Source of the DNA: Chiloscyllium plagiosum
Taxonomy: Eukaryota
DNA: 64,000 bases
Direction: 5' to 3'
Assembly: GCF_004010195.1 (NCBI RefSeq)
Contig: NC_057719.1
Location: 87,385,600 to 87,449,599 of the forward strand
Part shown: piece by piece, positions 63,225-64,000 of the stretch
How positions within the stretch are numbered: the stretch's first letter is position 1
Layout: each line of letters opens with the position of its first letter
The notes under the pieces: model-generated
What the model was told of the DNA's origin: nothing
The model's input: only the letters and a program-made list of their open reading frames with translations
The model's database searches: none
Position numbers and translations under genes: made by a program

Positions 63225-63870
63225 ACATGTGAAAATTGAAACCAGGAGCAGGAGTAGGCCATTCAGCCCTTCAAGCCTGCTCTACCGTTCAGTTTTGATC
63301 ATGGCTGATCATCCAACTCAGTACCTTGTTTCTGCTTTCCTCCTTTGACCCTTTTAGCCCGAAGAATTAGATCTAACACCTTTTTGAAAATGTTTAACCT
63401 TTTGGCCTCAAATACTTTCAGTGTTGGTGAATTCTACAACGCTGGGTGAAGACATTTTCCTCAGCTCAGTCCGAAATAGCCTACCCATATCCTTAACCTA
63501 TGACCCCTGCTTCTGGACTCCCTGGTCATAGGGAACAACCTTCCTGCATCTAACCTGTCTCATCCTGTTAGAGTTTTTCAGGTTTCTATGAGAAATCCCT
63601 CATGCTTCTAAACTCCACTGAACACAGTCCTAACTGCTGCAGTCTCTCTTCATACAACAATCCTGCCATCTCAGGAATCAGTCTGATAGGCCTTCTTTGC
63701 ACTCCCTCTTTAGCAAGAGCATTGTTCCTCAGATAAAGAGACCAAAACTGCAGTATACTCCAGATGTGGTCTCACCGAGGCTCTATCCAAAGGCAGCAAG
63801 ATATCTCTGTTCCTGAACTTAAATCCTCTTGCCAGGAATGCCCACATACCATTCACCTCCCTCACCACCA
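63225..63870 (-). mobile_element. Older CR1 LINE 3' fragment
   Basis: Minus strand LVRPHLEY..QFWS-like segment and 3'UTR gaatggcctactcctgctcct. Confidence 0.75.
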
Positions 63871-64000
63871 GCAGTTATTACAATAAAAGAAACAGCAATG
63901 TCCTGCAGTGACCCTAACCCTGTTACAATATCTTTTCACAACTGACACTTACCCTGATATTGTCAAGATGATGATCATAAGCCCAAACTGCTTATGGACA

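Noticed and set aside
63946..64000. Strong minus-strand donor AGG|gtaagt and a plus-strand ATGATGA followed by hairpin CATAAGC/GCTTATG (exon end or snoRNA?)
   Set aside because: The phase-0 frame has a TAA and is not spectrin-like; the sequence is cut by the window edge so no D box can be tested, and it would be antisense to the host gene

Overview
Vertebrate genomic DNA, most likely from a shark or other elasmobranch (inferred from HE1/V-SINE-like and CR1-type repeats). The window lies entirely inside one minus-strand gene: 14 internal coding exons (56923-57078 down to 2728-2865; 1887 nt, 629 aa) splice in frame into consecutive spectrin repeats best matching beta-V spectrin (SPTBN5). One intron needs a non-canonical GC donor. 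The introns hold decayed CR1 and L2 LINEs (three near-full-length CR1s), tRNA-derived SINEs, Penelope-like element (PLE) fragments with GIY-YIG motifs, a 3.4-kb 28-bp minisatellite, smaller tandem repeats and three N gaps. The most unusual signal is a set of nine TSD-flanked PLE pseudo-LTR-derived insertions: eight short (about 110-230 bp) non-coding ones and one of 2.1 kb. Most are fold-back palindromes, most carry minimal hammerhead-ribozyme cores (CUGANGA-stem II-GAAA-NUH, intact or decayed), and the two-armed ones share an asymmetry in which one arm lacks a 30-40 nt tail. Also seen are a 214-bp near-perfect inverted duplication in a CR1 5'UTR and an inverted pair of same-family CR1s bracketing two exons. 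No prokaryotic features or CRISPR arrays were found.
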